DNA of 62,682 nt, counting the filler, from Gonapodya sp. JEL0774 (Eukaryota): assembly GCA_027604505.1 (NCBI GenBank). It is 24 parts of 24 records of this genome, joined end to end, with 100 filler letters (N's around TTAATTAATTAA, not from the genome) between each part and the next. Parts side by side here need not be neighbours in the genome. Positions count along the whole stretch, not along the records: positions 23,664 to 26,183 come from JADIIX010001867.1; positions 26,284 to 28,800 come from JADIIX010001868.1; positions 28,901 to 31,416 come from JADIIX010001869.1; positions 31,517 to 34,032 come from JADIIX010001870.1; positions 34,133 to 36,647 come from JADIIX010001871.1; positions 36,748 to 39,262 come from JADIIX010001872.1; 18 more parts are not named here. One strand, given 5' to 3'. Positions 24,786-36,824 of this stretch are shown in pieces (the first letter of the stretch is position 1; each line of letters starts with the position of its first letter). The notes below the pieces were generated by a model, which was not told the DNA's origin, did not search any database, and saw nothing but the letters and a program-made list of their open reading frames with translations. The position numbers were made by a program, and so were the translations under genes.

Positions 24786-26183
24786 ATGATGCGCTTCTCC
24801 GTAGTCACTCTTGGACTGCTTCTCCTCGTTTCTTGGACAGATCACACTCTGGGTCAGCTGTCCGAGTGTGCTTGGGCAGAGCAAATCTTTACACAATCCG
24901 GAATCGCGATCCCATGGACACCCGGAAATTGTTGTGGATATGATGGCGCCGGCATTAACACTGTTTCCTGTGGCTTCAACGGAAAGGTTACGACGATGTG
25001 GCTCACGAACCTTGGCCTGACGGGAACTCTCCCAGATGCACGAGGATTGACCAGCGTTTTCCAACTCAGTCTGTCTGGCAACAAGCTGACGGGAAGCATA
25101 CCCGATTTTACGGGTGTATCGACGCTCGCTGACCTGGATCTTTCGGATAATGCTCTCACCGGAACGATTCCCGCATCGCTTGGGGCGGTGCCAAGTTTGT
25201 TTCAGCTTGACCTCTCTGGAAACCAACTCACATCCCTCGAGAGCATAGCTGGTGCATCTCGTCTAGCCACATTCTCTGTCTCCGGCAATCAGATAGCAGG
25301 AAATCTTGACGGCAAACTTTCAAGCAGTGTCAGTATATGCTGGATATACAACACTGCCGGCAGCAACCCTGGCTTATACTCGTGCAACGGAAACATTCCA
25401 ACCTCATGCAAAAACGTTCCGATAGGAGGGGCAGAGTGCCCTTCGTTGGCCCCTACGCCCTCGAACTCTTCAACAACAAGCCGGCGCTCAACGACCAGTT
25501 CCCGCAGCACAACTACAAGTAGAACATCGAGTTCTTCGACCAGTTCTACAACATCAAGCACGACTAGTACAACGAGGACGTCTACGTCGACAACCAGAAC
25601 TACATCATCCTCCACTACGAGAACGACAAGCTCCACTACCTCAGTCGTGCCGCGATCCCCTGAGGAAATAGCGGCAGAGGAAGCGAGACAAACCACAATC
25701 CGAAACGCATCTATAGGATCAGTAGCCGGAGTCGTGGCTCTTTTCGGCGGGTAAGCTGTCAGAATTGCTCTGAACAACGACGTATATTTTGTTGGACTAA
25801 CGCGAGACACTCTCTCGTGTAAACAAGTGCATGTTTCTGCTTCCATAAGCGAGTTAGGACCAGGGACCCATCCAGTGCAGGTAAATTCTATTGCGTTGTG
25901 GTGAACTCTTGGACTCCCCCAAACTCACCTTCAATCCAACCAACTCTCTGAATAGCGTCTACCTCCGCTCCTGCTCGATCGGACGTATTTGTGGTATCTG
26001 TAACTGGTGGCGGCCCTGGCGGAGGATTTGCTTACACGCCGGTACCAACCACGGTGCCGGTGCCATTGCCGCCACCAACCTCACCTCCTCCGCCGATGAG
26101 CATGCCAGCAAGCAGAAGTGCGGCAGCATCGTTAATCCCGGCGGCGCCCCTCGTGAGTGTTGATTGAGCAAATTTTCATGAGG
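24786..26183 (+). CDS. Leucine-rich-repeat receptor-like single-pass membrane protein, 3' truncated
   Basis: Signal peptide MMRFSVVTLGLLLLVSW, Cys-containing N-cap, plant-type LRRs (LxLSxNxLTGxIP), Ser/Thr-rich stalk, TM segment ASIGSVAGVVALFGG-ACFCF followed by HKRVR, then Pro-rich cytoplasmic exons. Confidence 0.88.
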
Positions 26184-26283
26184 NNNNNNNNNNNNNNNNN
26201 NNNNNNNNNNNNNNNNNNNNNNNNNNNTTAATTAATTAANNNNNNNNNNNNNNNNNNNNNNNNNNNNNNNNNNNNNNNNNNNN

Positions 26284-27504
26284 TACCAAGGTTCTTTTCC
26301 ATCTTGGACATCAACTGAAGAGAATCCAAGTTCAATTCGGATGCCCGAAAAGAGATCAGTAGATTTATGAGTCATTTCAGCTGAAAGGGAGGTATACAAA
26401 TGCTTTAAACCAGCTAGTTTAGTCAGAAGGCCTGAATACAATGGAGTGTGAGGAATAGAATGCCAAAGGTAAGGATAAAATCACTTACTATCATTTCTAG
26501 TAGGTCTCTGAACGTGAGAAGTCCCACGTGATCGAAGAAAATGAACCACAAGTGGGTAAACATCAAGAGTCACAGTGGACTTCTTCTGGCCAAAAAGCTT
26601 TGCAGTAAATGAACCAAAACCTTGCCCAAGCTGGCTTAGAAGAGGCTTCATAGAAACTACTTTGAAAGTGGTGGCAGGGGTGCTTGGATTAGCTTTACAC
26701 ACAACAATTGAAGGAACTGGGACAAATGAAAACATAGTTAGAAACTAGAGCAGCCAAGATAGGAAAGGCACCAGTCACCATACAACTAACAAGGCGTGCG
26801 GAATGTCATAGATATATCCCACTGAAGACTCAATGCAGGGAAAGATTGGGACTTCAAAACAGGGGGAAGAGAGTTCCCCTCACTCCAATGAAACCCATGG
26901 ACGCATATGCGCAATAAAGGGTCACCAACAGAATCTGCAAGAATATCAATAATAGTATCCAAGGGGACCACTTGGTTGAGATTGCCAAAAACATTTAAGT
27001 GTTTGTTAGGCTCAACAATGTAACCTTTTTCTTCAAGGGCAAGAAGAAGCCAAGATTTGGTATGAATCAGATCACCAGTTTCTGGGTCTTGTGTGGAAGG
27101 TGCCATTCTAAGGAGTACTGAATCCGAGGATAAAACGACCCAACTATTGTAAGCTTCATGATCTCTGAACAGAGGTGGAAGCCTTTTCGAAATAGTAATC
27201 TCATGAAGCATTGAATCAAGTATCAACAAAGAAGAGATAGATGATAAAACAGCAGAGTTCCACTCACAAACCAACCAAACATAGCCCGAATTTCTGGGTT
27301 ACGAAGAGTGCTAGATTTTATGGTCATCCGAAGACCATCAATTTCTCCAGGTGCTGGAGTATCCAGCCAAGTGTTAATATTGGAGGCTAACTCCTCCAAA
27401 GAGCCAAAACCCTCCAAAATAGCTTCATCCACCAGGACCTTTTCATTGAACCCATTAATTCTGACATAAGGGTTTTCAAAGGCATCAAATTTGGGAGTGG
27501 ACAT
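26284..27504 (-). CDS. Unknown multi-exon protein in CpG-depleted DNA, probably repeat-borne, 3' truncated
   Basis: Consecutive minus-strand ORFs (27223-27504, 26786-27274, 26481-26735, 26284-26441) are linked by GTGAGT/GTTAGT/GTAAGT donors. No family was recognised. Confidence 0.45.
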
Positions 27505-27708
27505 AGAATCTTATGATAACTGGTGAAAGAAAATAACAGGATGTTAATTGTTACTGAAAAACAGCCAACAACTGGGAATCTTCCAGTGGGAGTAGAAGGG
27601 GGTGGACACTTACAGGTGTATAAGATTGTGAAAATTGACAAGAATTGTTATGTGTACAAAGCCAGGCTAATTGCAGGATCAGTATTGCAGCGAAGCAGAG
27701 AGGGGAAA

Positions 27709-28515
27709 CGTGAGAATCAGAGAAGTTAAGAACTTTTGGGAGGTTGAAGTGGGGGATCCTAACAAGGAACAGAGCACCAAAAACACAAATGAAACGTATT
27801 TGGAGAGCTTGGGAACTCAAATCTGGAGCACCCACATGTGCGCAAAAGCGACCAATGGTTCAGGAGCAATTGGTCATGCAAGAGAGTGAGTGACCCAAAC
27901 CACCAACAATGACACATGGGGAACACTCACAGGTGCCCAACAACCCCTCAAACCCACTCAGCAATATGTCCGACTTGCTTGGTGTGAAGGCCAAGGGGCA
28001 GGGGTGATGTTGGTGTGTTGCCAAAAAGTGGGCTAGTGAGGGTCAAGGTTTAGAAGGAAGGGGAAGTTTAGGGGCACTCACTTGCAGCCTGGCAACATCA
28101 CAACATGCAAGAAAGGTGTTGGAGTGAGGGGGGTTAGGGGAGAGTGAGGATCAGAGAACTTGAAAACTTTTGGGAAGTTGGGGTTAGAAACGTTAACAGA
28201 AAATGGTGAAGCCAAGATGCGAGTAGAACGTACTTCTAGAACTTTACAATGCGCATCCAATAAGCCCAAAATCGTCCAAAAGCGACTGGTGGTTCAGGAG
28301 GAATTGGTCAGGAAAGAAACTCATTGTACCAAAGCACCCACAATGACACTTGGGGAACACTCACTAACGCCCAGCGGCACCCAAATCTCACTTAGTGTCC
28401 TGTCGGACGTGCTTGGTGTGAAGGCCAAGAGGCAGGGGTGATGCGGGTGTGTTGTGAAAAAGTGGGCTGGGGTGGGTCAAGGTTTTGAAGTAACAGGTAG
28501 TTCAAGGGCACTCAC
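27709..28515. repeat. Diverged tandem direct repeat, two units of about 370 bp
   Basis: 27709-28081 and 28143-28515 share colinear blocks such as ACTTTTGGGA, CAAAAGCGAC..TGGTTCAGGAG, CAATGACAC.TGGGGAACACTCAC, GCTTGGTGTGAAGGCCAAG.GGCAGGGGTGATG, AAAAAGTGGGCT and GGGCACTCAC. Confidence 0.9.
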
Positions 28516-28900
28516 AAGCAGCTAGGGTCTAAAACAATGATGGGATGAAGCTCTTCTAGGAGGCAGAGATGGTGGGAGTGATGGTTGGCATGACATGTAG
28601 TGGTATGTAGGGGAGAATAGGTTTTTTGAGCACACGGCCATGAGGAGACGTCCAATCCAAACGCAAAGCACACCGTTGGAAAGCCCTTTAAATTTCGATT
28701 CGGGAACGCTAGATCGATACGCGAGGGTTAGGGTGCATACATGACTTGGGTGTGGGGTGGCGGGTGGGTGGCACCTTCGGATGCATCCATCTCATTCAAT
28801 NNNNNNNNNNNNNNNNNNNNNNNNNNNNNNNNNNNNNNNNNNNNTTAATTAATTAANNNNNNNNNNNNNNNNNNNNNNNNNNNNNNNNNNNNNNNNNNNN

Positions 28901-29737
28901 TACACTCCCGTCGCGAATGTCCAATCTCAATACTTGACTCCACCCTCAACCACAATCCCTCCGGCATACACTTCCACTTCTTCATCCGATCGCGTCGTTC
29001 TCTCCTCTCATACACTCGACTCCCACGCCACTGCTCGTGTCGTTGGCCCGCCGATGGTCGTACCGGTTCTCTCCCGTGCCTTTCCCCCTCCTGTGACCGG
29101 GAAGTACTCGGGATGCGGAGGTGCCGGCATGTCCAGATGTGAAAGAAAGGCTGCGAGGCGTGCTTTGAAAGCTGAACGGAGGGCAGCCTGGGCAGAATGG
29201 AGGAGCGCCGGGGCAATTCCGAACGGAGGGTCCTTTCAAGACAGGAAGCTGGAGTATGTAGTCGAGAGGAGAGGTCATTCAGTTGAAGGTGAGAATTCTT
29301 GTTGGAGGCATTGAAGTCAGATGCTTGGGGTTCCAACGCTTCTTTACTGTTTCGATGCTAGCTTCTGTCGTTCTTTGCTGCCCCGCGTGCCATGAGCAGG
29401 TGACCACCGTCGTGCGCCGCAAACCATCTGGAACGGTACGTAGAATCTGTTCCCAACACTTGCCCGTAGACCGACACTAATTTGTCTCGTTGGGCTCCTC
29501 GATCTCATTGCAGGCGTGGGGTGCTACCGCACTGCTCCTTGTCTTTGGTGCGTGGCCCGTGGCATGGGTACCTCTTGTAATTGGGTGAGTACTACTGCGA
29601 TGGATTTCCAGATGTCCGTGTGAAGAGACACTGAACTGCTTTTCGCTTCGCACTACTGCAGAGGTCTGAAGAAGAAGGTTCACACGTGTCCCCGGTGCAG
29701 GGCAAGGATAGCGGTACAACATGCAGGGAGAGCGTGA
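28901..29737 (+). CDS. LITAF-domain zinc-binding membrane-associated protein, 5' truncated
   Basis: Spliced CPACHEQVTTVV, hydrophobic AWGATALLLVFGAWPVAWVPLVI, then HTCPRC. A PPAY motif lies upstream. Confidence 0.88.
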
Positions 29738-30234
29738 TGCTGTGATGTGGCTCAAGTTAATTCATGCAAGGGCTCTCAGTAATCCATTTATGCATTGTTT
29801 CATTATTGCAAGTGCCATGTTCGTGAGATTTATCAATAAAATTCGGTGTTCAACTCAATATGTCCTATCAGCGTATGATTTTGACCATTGGAATTCAATT
29901 TACATAACCGGAGCAACGATCGCGCGAAAAACTGGGTTGCGGAGCTTTCAACTCTGATCAAACTTCCTGTTGGAGGATTTCTCCTCGTCCTCGTCCACGA
30001 TTTCATCCCTTGACAAGACGATCAAGAACAAGACTGAGATGCATTCCTTGGTTCAACTGAGTCGGACGGTGCGGGTGTCGTCGGGCAGAGAATTCTGCCA
30101 AAAAATTACTTTGGACCCAAGAAGTTTAACCGTGCGTCCCTCTGCGTCCCTTCCGCGGAGGTGCATTCTCCGAACACATTCCTTAGGTGCATCTGAGGTC
30201 ACAACTCCGATCCGCACACTCTCTCTTGCCTTCG

Positions 30235-31416
30235 ATGGACACTCCCGCGGCCAAATTTGTACTAACCGTTGTCGGCTTCTTTGTCCGGATCGGAACGAGC
30301 AAACAGTACCCGAAAACATGGTGCGCATCGTCAGATCTGTATTCTTCAACTCAGGTTTCAATGCGTTCCCATCGACTCCCAAATAGGTCGCTCTCGCGTA
30401 TTGGAGTCATATGGATAGCTAGGCGTATTCTAGGTGGGAGTCCGTGTGGCGACGTTTAGCAGTCGTCCAGAACTCATACGGTGTGATCCGATTAGCCTCT
30501 TCTGGAAAAAGCGCCCCCGCCCGCCGCAAGCAGCCTCTCCCAGAACCACCAAAAGACATTACCATTTCGCAAGTTCTCGTGCCCCGCATTCCACTTTCGG
30601 ATCTCGAGCCCATACCTCCAACAGATCCACTGGAGGCGGAATGGATTTGTTCCAATGCCGGTAAAGAGGGTGGACCCGTAGTCTTATGGGCCCACGGAGG
30701 AGCGTATATTATGGGAGAGAAGGAGATGGCCAGACGGCACGCGTATGGGCTGGCAAGAGCGGGGGTGAAGGTGAGAGCTCCATCACCGATGTACGCAGCG
30801 ATGATTCAGGATCGCGTTTCTTGCATTTACATAGGTGCTTAGTATTGAGTATAGGTGAGATAGCGCTCGATATTCACTCCGTTTTTAGATTTCACTGGAT
30901 TAAAATCCGTCCCCCAACCTGTACAAGACTCGCCCCAGAGAACACCCACCCATCCGCCCTGAGTGACGCCCACTCGGCCTACCAGTACATTTTAACACAA
31001 GGTACCGACCCGCATAAGCTCGTATTCGCCGGTGAATCAGCCGGTGGAGGACTGGTCTTGGGCCTGGCGATGTACATCCGGGATCACGGAGAGCCGCTTC
31101 CGGCAGGTACGTCGAGGATGAAGACGGATGAGCAACGTGGTGTTCATGCTCGTCGCTATCACTGTGACCCCTGAACACTTGCATGACAGGAATCGTCCTC
31201 TTCTCTCCCTGGGTCGATCTCACCTCGTCCTCTCCTACACTCTTCCTCACGGACGAGTTCGACTTTGATCTACTTGGCCCGCGTCCTAAGATTTCAACAG
31301 GGGCCCCAGGTCCCGCAAGGATGTATACCGGCCTCAAGACTTTTGATGAGCTCAAGACAACGAGTTACGTTTCTCCCTTGTTCGACAAAGGTTCGGGACC
31401 GCTGTTGCCACCGCTA
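30235..31416 (+). CDS. Alpha/beta-hydrolase of the hormone-sensitive-lipase family, 3' truncated
   Basis: WAHGGAY oxyanion motif, RLAPENTHPSALSDA, GESAGG nucleophile elbow and FSPWVDL. There is a possible frameshift near 30450. Confidence 0.92.
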
Positions 31417-31516
31417 NNNNNNNNNNNNNNNNNNNNNNNNNNNNNNNNNNNNNNNNNNNNTTAATTAATTAANNNNNNNNNNNNNNNNNNNNNNNNNNNN
31501 NNNNNNNNNNNNNNNN

Positions 31517-34032
31517 ACCCCTGTGTCAACCACCCCGTCCACTCCAGCATCCGCGTCTGCCCCGTTCCGCCGTTCTGTCCAAGAAGCACACGCTATTCTC
31601 ACCAAAACTCCAGGTTCCCCATTCGAAATCGTCGAAAATGTTGTCATACGTGGCAATTCTTATCGACGCTGGAAGTACGCACCGGAAACTATAAGAGATA
31701 TGCTCGAAGCTTCAAGAGTGAGTCGGTGCTCGGAATGAGACAACCTTTCCAATCTCCACATTGCTGTATCTTTTCGCTATCGTTCAGGACTTTGGCGATC
31801 GAGAGTGTATCCTCTATGTCAATCCCTGGCGAAACGAAGAGGTGATTACTTGTTGGAGATGTCCTGTCGAAACACATCAAAAGTCCCACCCATTCTACTC
31901 CTCCACCAAACAAGGTTCGATTGTCCTACACTCAGCTCTATGAGAAATCATCTGTCTTCGCCAATGCCCTCCGAGACGAATTCGGTGTCAGAAAGGGAGA
32001 CCGCGTAGCAGTTGCCATGCGGAACTGTGAGTCCACATGGTAGTTGAGACAGGAGCATGCCAAATTTACACAGAAAAACTAAAAACTGTCATGGCGTTGC
32101 TCGATGCAGACCCGGAGTTTGTAGGTGAGATGGGCAGGTCTAAAGGGTTTCTATCCGACATTCATCTTTCAACAACATTCAATTGACACATTCAACGACC
32201 AACATAGTTGCCTTCTGGGCTATTGCTTCGATCGGCGCCATCATCGTCCCTGTGAATGGTGAGCATTTTATGAGGTCCAAGATGCACTCGCATGCGTTTG
32301 GATATTTAGATGCCGCGCTCACATCACATCGTACACTGCCACCGGGGAGCTCAGCTTGGCTCCTCGGTCATGAACTCTTGTTCTGCATAACCGACGCAGG
32401 CTCCAAAGTCCTGATCGTAGACGGCGAGGTGAGAACATCGCGCATTCGTAAATCTCCATACATAATACAAGACGGAGGGCATTCACAAATTGCTCAATCT
32501 CTATTCCACCCTCTTCTACCTATACCCAGCGCATCGACCGTCTCCTCTCTCACCTCTCCAACCTCGCTCACCCAGCTGGTCCCACCCACTCCATCATCCT
32601 CGCTCGCCCTGACGACGGGGACCACGCTCCCAACGCGGGGCGACCCGGGGCGATCAACAAGTACGGAGTGAAGATGTGGGACGACGTAGTGGCGCGGCAT
32701 GGACAGAAGAGGGAGTTGCCGGGACGAAAGGAGTGCGGGGGGTTGGAGAGAGATGATGATGCAGCGAGTGAGTGGTTCAAAGTGATGGAGTAACAAGGGC
32801 GCCGTTGCGTCTCTGTGATGACTGATCGGCACTCAAATTTTATCGGACTCTGAAAGTATTCTTCACGAGGTGAATGCTTGCTTGTATAGATATGATTGGT
32901 CCCCGTCGTCCATCCTTGGTTCACCCTCCTTGCCCGACAGCGGGACCACAGGGAAACCCAAAGGTAAGCACTCAGGCACCATCTCCTAGACCCGCCAATC
33001 CCCGCACCCCTCTGGAATGAATCCGCCCACCTAGGCACTCTCCTCACCCACCTCGGCTTCACGACCTCCATCCTCAACCGCCAAATCGGCTCCGCACGCA
33101 ACATCATCCGAACGGCCCCCGACCCACATGCGGCACTCACCGAGATCTCCGCCAGGATCCCCAAGCCCACGGACAAGAAGGATAAGGGGAGGAAGCAGGG
33201 GTGCGTGTTGGTGACCAACCCACTTTTCCACGTGACGGCGTTGATCGTACATCTGGGGAGTGGGGTGGATGCGGGAAATAAGATGATTTTCATGTACAAG
33301 TGAGTGACTCGGTCCGCGGTGGCGTGAGACATGTGACTGCTCCGGATTTATCTGCGTCATCATTGTACAACATAATACCAGGTGGGATGCAGGTGAAGGT
33401 CTCAAGATTATTGAAAAGGAGCGGGTTACTTCAGTGGGCATGGTCCCCGCTGTTGCTCACCAGGTATGTTTCCAGTTTCTCCAAAACTCACAAGGGCGGT
33501 CACGTCATTCTCAGCCACACTCTCATTCCAGATCCTCAACCACCCATCCTTCCCCCACCACGACACTTCGTCCATCATCTCTTTTGGCTACGGTGGAGGA
33601 CCCGCCCCCCCTTCCCTTGTCGAACACATCTCGCGGACCTGGCCGGCAGCGTCGGTCAACAACGGATACGGATTGACCGAGACCAGCGGCGGGGTGATTT
33701 CGAACCTGGACCTAGAGTATAAGACTAAACCGGGGAGTATAGGAGTGCCGTACCCGGTGACAGATGTGAAGGTTGTCGGGGCGGATGGTAAAGAGGTGCC
33801 TGTGGGGGAGGTAGGCGAGATTTGGGCAAAGTCGTGAGTTTGTTTGTGGGTGTGCTGTTTAATCTGTCCAACGTCTCTCGTACCAACTTGTTCGCCCCAT
33901 AAATCGCGATACCGTTCTGGATGTTCCGCTGATAACTTCAAGACCCAACAACGCAAAACTTTACTGGAACCGCCCCGACGCCACAGCACAGACGTTTGTG
34001 GAAGGAGGGTGGTGCAAGACTGGCGATCTGGG
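31517..34032 (+). CDS. Class I adenylate-forming enzyme (long-chain acyl-CoA ligase-like), partial, many introns
   Basis: GVRKGDRVAVAMRN, IFFTSGTTGKPKG (spliced), PLFHVT, GYGLTETSG, GEVGEIWAK and GWCKTGDLG. Confidence 0.93.
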
Positions 34033-34132
34033 NNNNNNNNNNNNNNNNNNNNNNNNNNNNNNNNNNNNNNNNNNNNTTAATTAATTAANNNNNNNNNNNN
34101 NNNNNNNNNNNNNNNNNNNNNNNNNNNNNNNN

Positions 34133-36644
34133 TTGTTAATCCGGAAGCTGCGTGACTACCAGATATATTTTGTAGAATTGTCGCAAACACCTGGTTGTGC
34201 GATTGGACATTTTCAGTCGTTGATCAGTATCAAGTTCGGTCAATAACCCTTACCGCGATGCCAAGAACACCTCCCAATGAGCGAATAAAGTTGGCGATAG
34301 TGGTAGAAGGACCAATCATGTGATCTGAAAAGACGCAAGCCCAGGAGCAATTCAAGGACGTGAATCGGAGGTGAGGTCAGACAGAAGGCGCCTGCACCAT
34401 CATTTCCCAACTTCTGAAAACCCACCTGGTGCGTTTGTTTGAGCCATAAGTGTTCCCGTGCTGCGGACGCAATTATTGATCAACGACACAGTGGACGCGT
34501 AAGCTAACATTCTACTCCGATGCTATTTCTTAGAAATTCTGGTCTCACCTCATGGTCATTCCAAAGCCCACACCGCAAATGACCTGCGGTATGATTTCCA
34601 GCCATTTTTCTGAGTTTTCATCAAGCATGGAGAACAGACCCATCGCGACAGCCACGAGAGCCATGCCAACCTGTGGGAATCGGACGTAGCTACAGTTTCG
34701 GTTGCGCCCAAAAAGAAGAAAAAGAAAATCATCGGTCAAATTAGTTTGAAATCAATCCACAGAGCCGGCAAATCCATTGTTTACTTACCTCCCAGTTTTC
34801 ATGGTGACAATACCGACTGCAATCGACGAAGGGATCAAGAAAGCGGTGAGTGGTATATTCATAACACCACTGTCAGTGGCAGAGAGGCCCCGGACGGTTT
34901 GGAAGTAGATTGGGAGGAAATAGCTGGAAAGATCATCGGAGCGAATGGTTGAAACTGAGGCTCAGAAAACCGCACGATGCTTTGAGAACGCACCTGAGGC
35001 CATACATAGCCCATCCAACGACTGAAAGGGTATGTGGTGGATTTAGTAGGAAATAGTGGCGAGTGACGATGGAACATATCCAGGTCGGAATGCACTTACA
35101 GAACAAAACCACGTTTGTGAAAATGTAGTTGAGGTTCTTGAACTGTGTTCCCCCAGCACAAGCATCGAGTAAGCGGGTTAATGCAATCAAGTTAAATTTG
35201 GGAAACCGTCGACACGTACAAGCTCCAAGGGAACCACGGGTTCCGGGGACTTTGTCTCCCACCACAAAAACGCCGGAAGCACGACCAGCGCCACTGCAGT
35301 CGTTCCCAGCACCTGGCCGCTGACCCAAGGGTACGTTACTCCGCCCCACGTGAATGCCAAGAGAAGCAGTGTGATGGCCCCAGTGATGAGCAAGACGCCG
35401 AGGGTATCCACGCGAGCGAGTTGTGATCGGAACGTTCCGGCGGGTTTGGGGAGCTTGAGGGCGATTTGATACGCGATGAGGGCGATAACGCCGACAGGGA
35501 CGCTGTTAAGACGAGTACGCGAGGTTTATATCCTTATGTTGTTGTGTCACTCAAGTTACGGGTACGAACTTGACCCAGAATCCCCATCGCCAGGAGAGAC
35601 GATCAGTGATGACACCTCCAAGGAACTGTGTTGATGAATGGGATAGAAATATTTGACAGCAGTGTGAGATAAAGGATCGCACCGTGAGTTCCATACGAAA
35701 CGGGAAGTGACTCACTGGACCAATAATGGCGCATATGCCTGTGATAGCTCCCATACTGATATACGTATCACGTGAAGAACATAACGCAAATGCGAAACAC
35801 ATATTATTCTTGTATGCTGGGAAACCCGATGATCGATACACAATACTCACATCCCCATGTATTTTCCCCTCTCCCGGGGCGCCACAATCTCCCCAATGAC
35901 GACAAATGTGAGCGCCATGAGCGCCCCACCCCCAATCCCTTGGAACAGCCGTGAGACGATGAGCATCGTCATGGAGTTGGAGACGGCACAGAGGGCGGAG
36001 AACACGGTGAATTCAATCATGCAGACCATCAAGAGTTCTTTGCGACCGAACTTTGAGTGTACAGGTGGGGTTTGAGTTTTGAGTAAGGAAGAGGTGTTGG
36101 TGGGCAGAGATGGACATTCAAGTCAAAACTCACAATGTCAGACAGCTTTCCCCAGACGGGAGCTAGGGCGGTAGAGGTGAGGAGGTAGCCGGTTCCAACC
36201 TGTGAACCAAGTCGATCGGTTGCATCACAAGTCGTCCGAAACAAAGGGGTGGTTGAACCGCACCCATTGATAGGAGTCAGCCCCATTCAAGTCCCTCGAG
36301 ATTGTTGGAAGCATGGTAGCTACAAGTGATTTACATGTTACCGACTGCTCGGAGATATTCAAAAGAAAATCATGTGAGATTGCTCACCAACGAATGCTGA
36401 TAATGAAGAATGAACGTGCAATCAGTCCGTCATGTTGTTTCATTATAATGAAAGACGAGAACTTACTGCCGTCAATAGTTGCAACAGCCATTCCAATTGC
36501 GAGAGCAAGAACCGCAAGCGCAATCCTGCGAGTTTCACCTTTCGTTTTTGGGGGGTTGGCTTCAGGCTCATCCTCCGAAGGTGTCAGTTTGCCGTCCTTT
36601 CCCGACTGCGTATCTTTCACAACCGCCTCGGCGGATGAGCCCAT
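34133..36644 (-). CDS. MFS drug:H+ antiporter, DHA2 (14-TMS) type, 3' truncated
   Basis: GTGYLLTSTALAPVWGKLSDI-FGRK, SRLFQGIGGG, EIVAPRERGKYMG, LGGVITDRLSWRWGFW, YFLPIYFQTVRG and RSLGGVLGIA. Confidence 0.93.
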
Positions 36645-36747
36645 ATCNNNNNNNNNNNNNNNNNNNNNNNNNNNNNNNNNNNNNNNNNNNNTTAATTAAT
36701 TAANNNNNNNNNNNNNNNNNNNNNNNNNNNNNNNNNNNNNNNNNNNN

Positions 36748-36824
36748 TGACTATTTCTACAACTGAGCGAGCGAGTTACGAGTAGCGCTAAAATGAGCGA
36801 GTTACTCGCTCGCTCACAGCTTTA
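36748..36824 (-). mobile_element. hAT-like terminus with ACTCG/CGAGT subterminal repeats abutting the transposase C-terminus
   Basis: The minus strand reads TAAAGCTGTG from 36824, followed by the near-palindrome GAGCGAGT-A-ACTCGCTC. The same ACTCG motifs occur at 39165-39252. Confidence 0.5.

Noticed and set aside
28724..28734. GGGTTAGGG (also near 11103) as telomeric repeat
   Set aside because: Only single units occur, with no tandem array.
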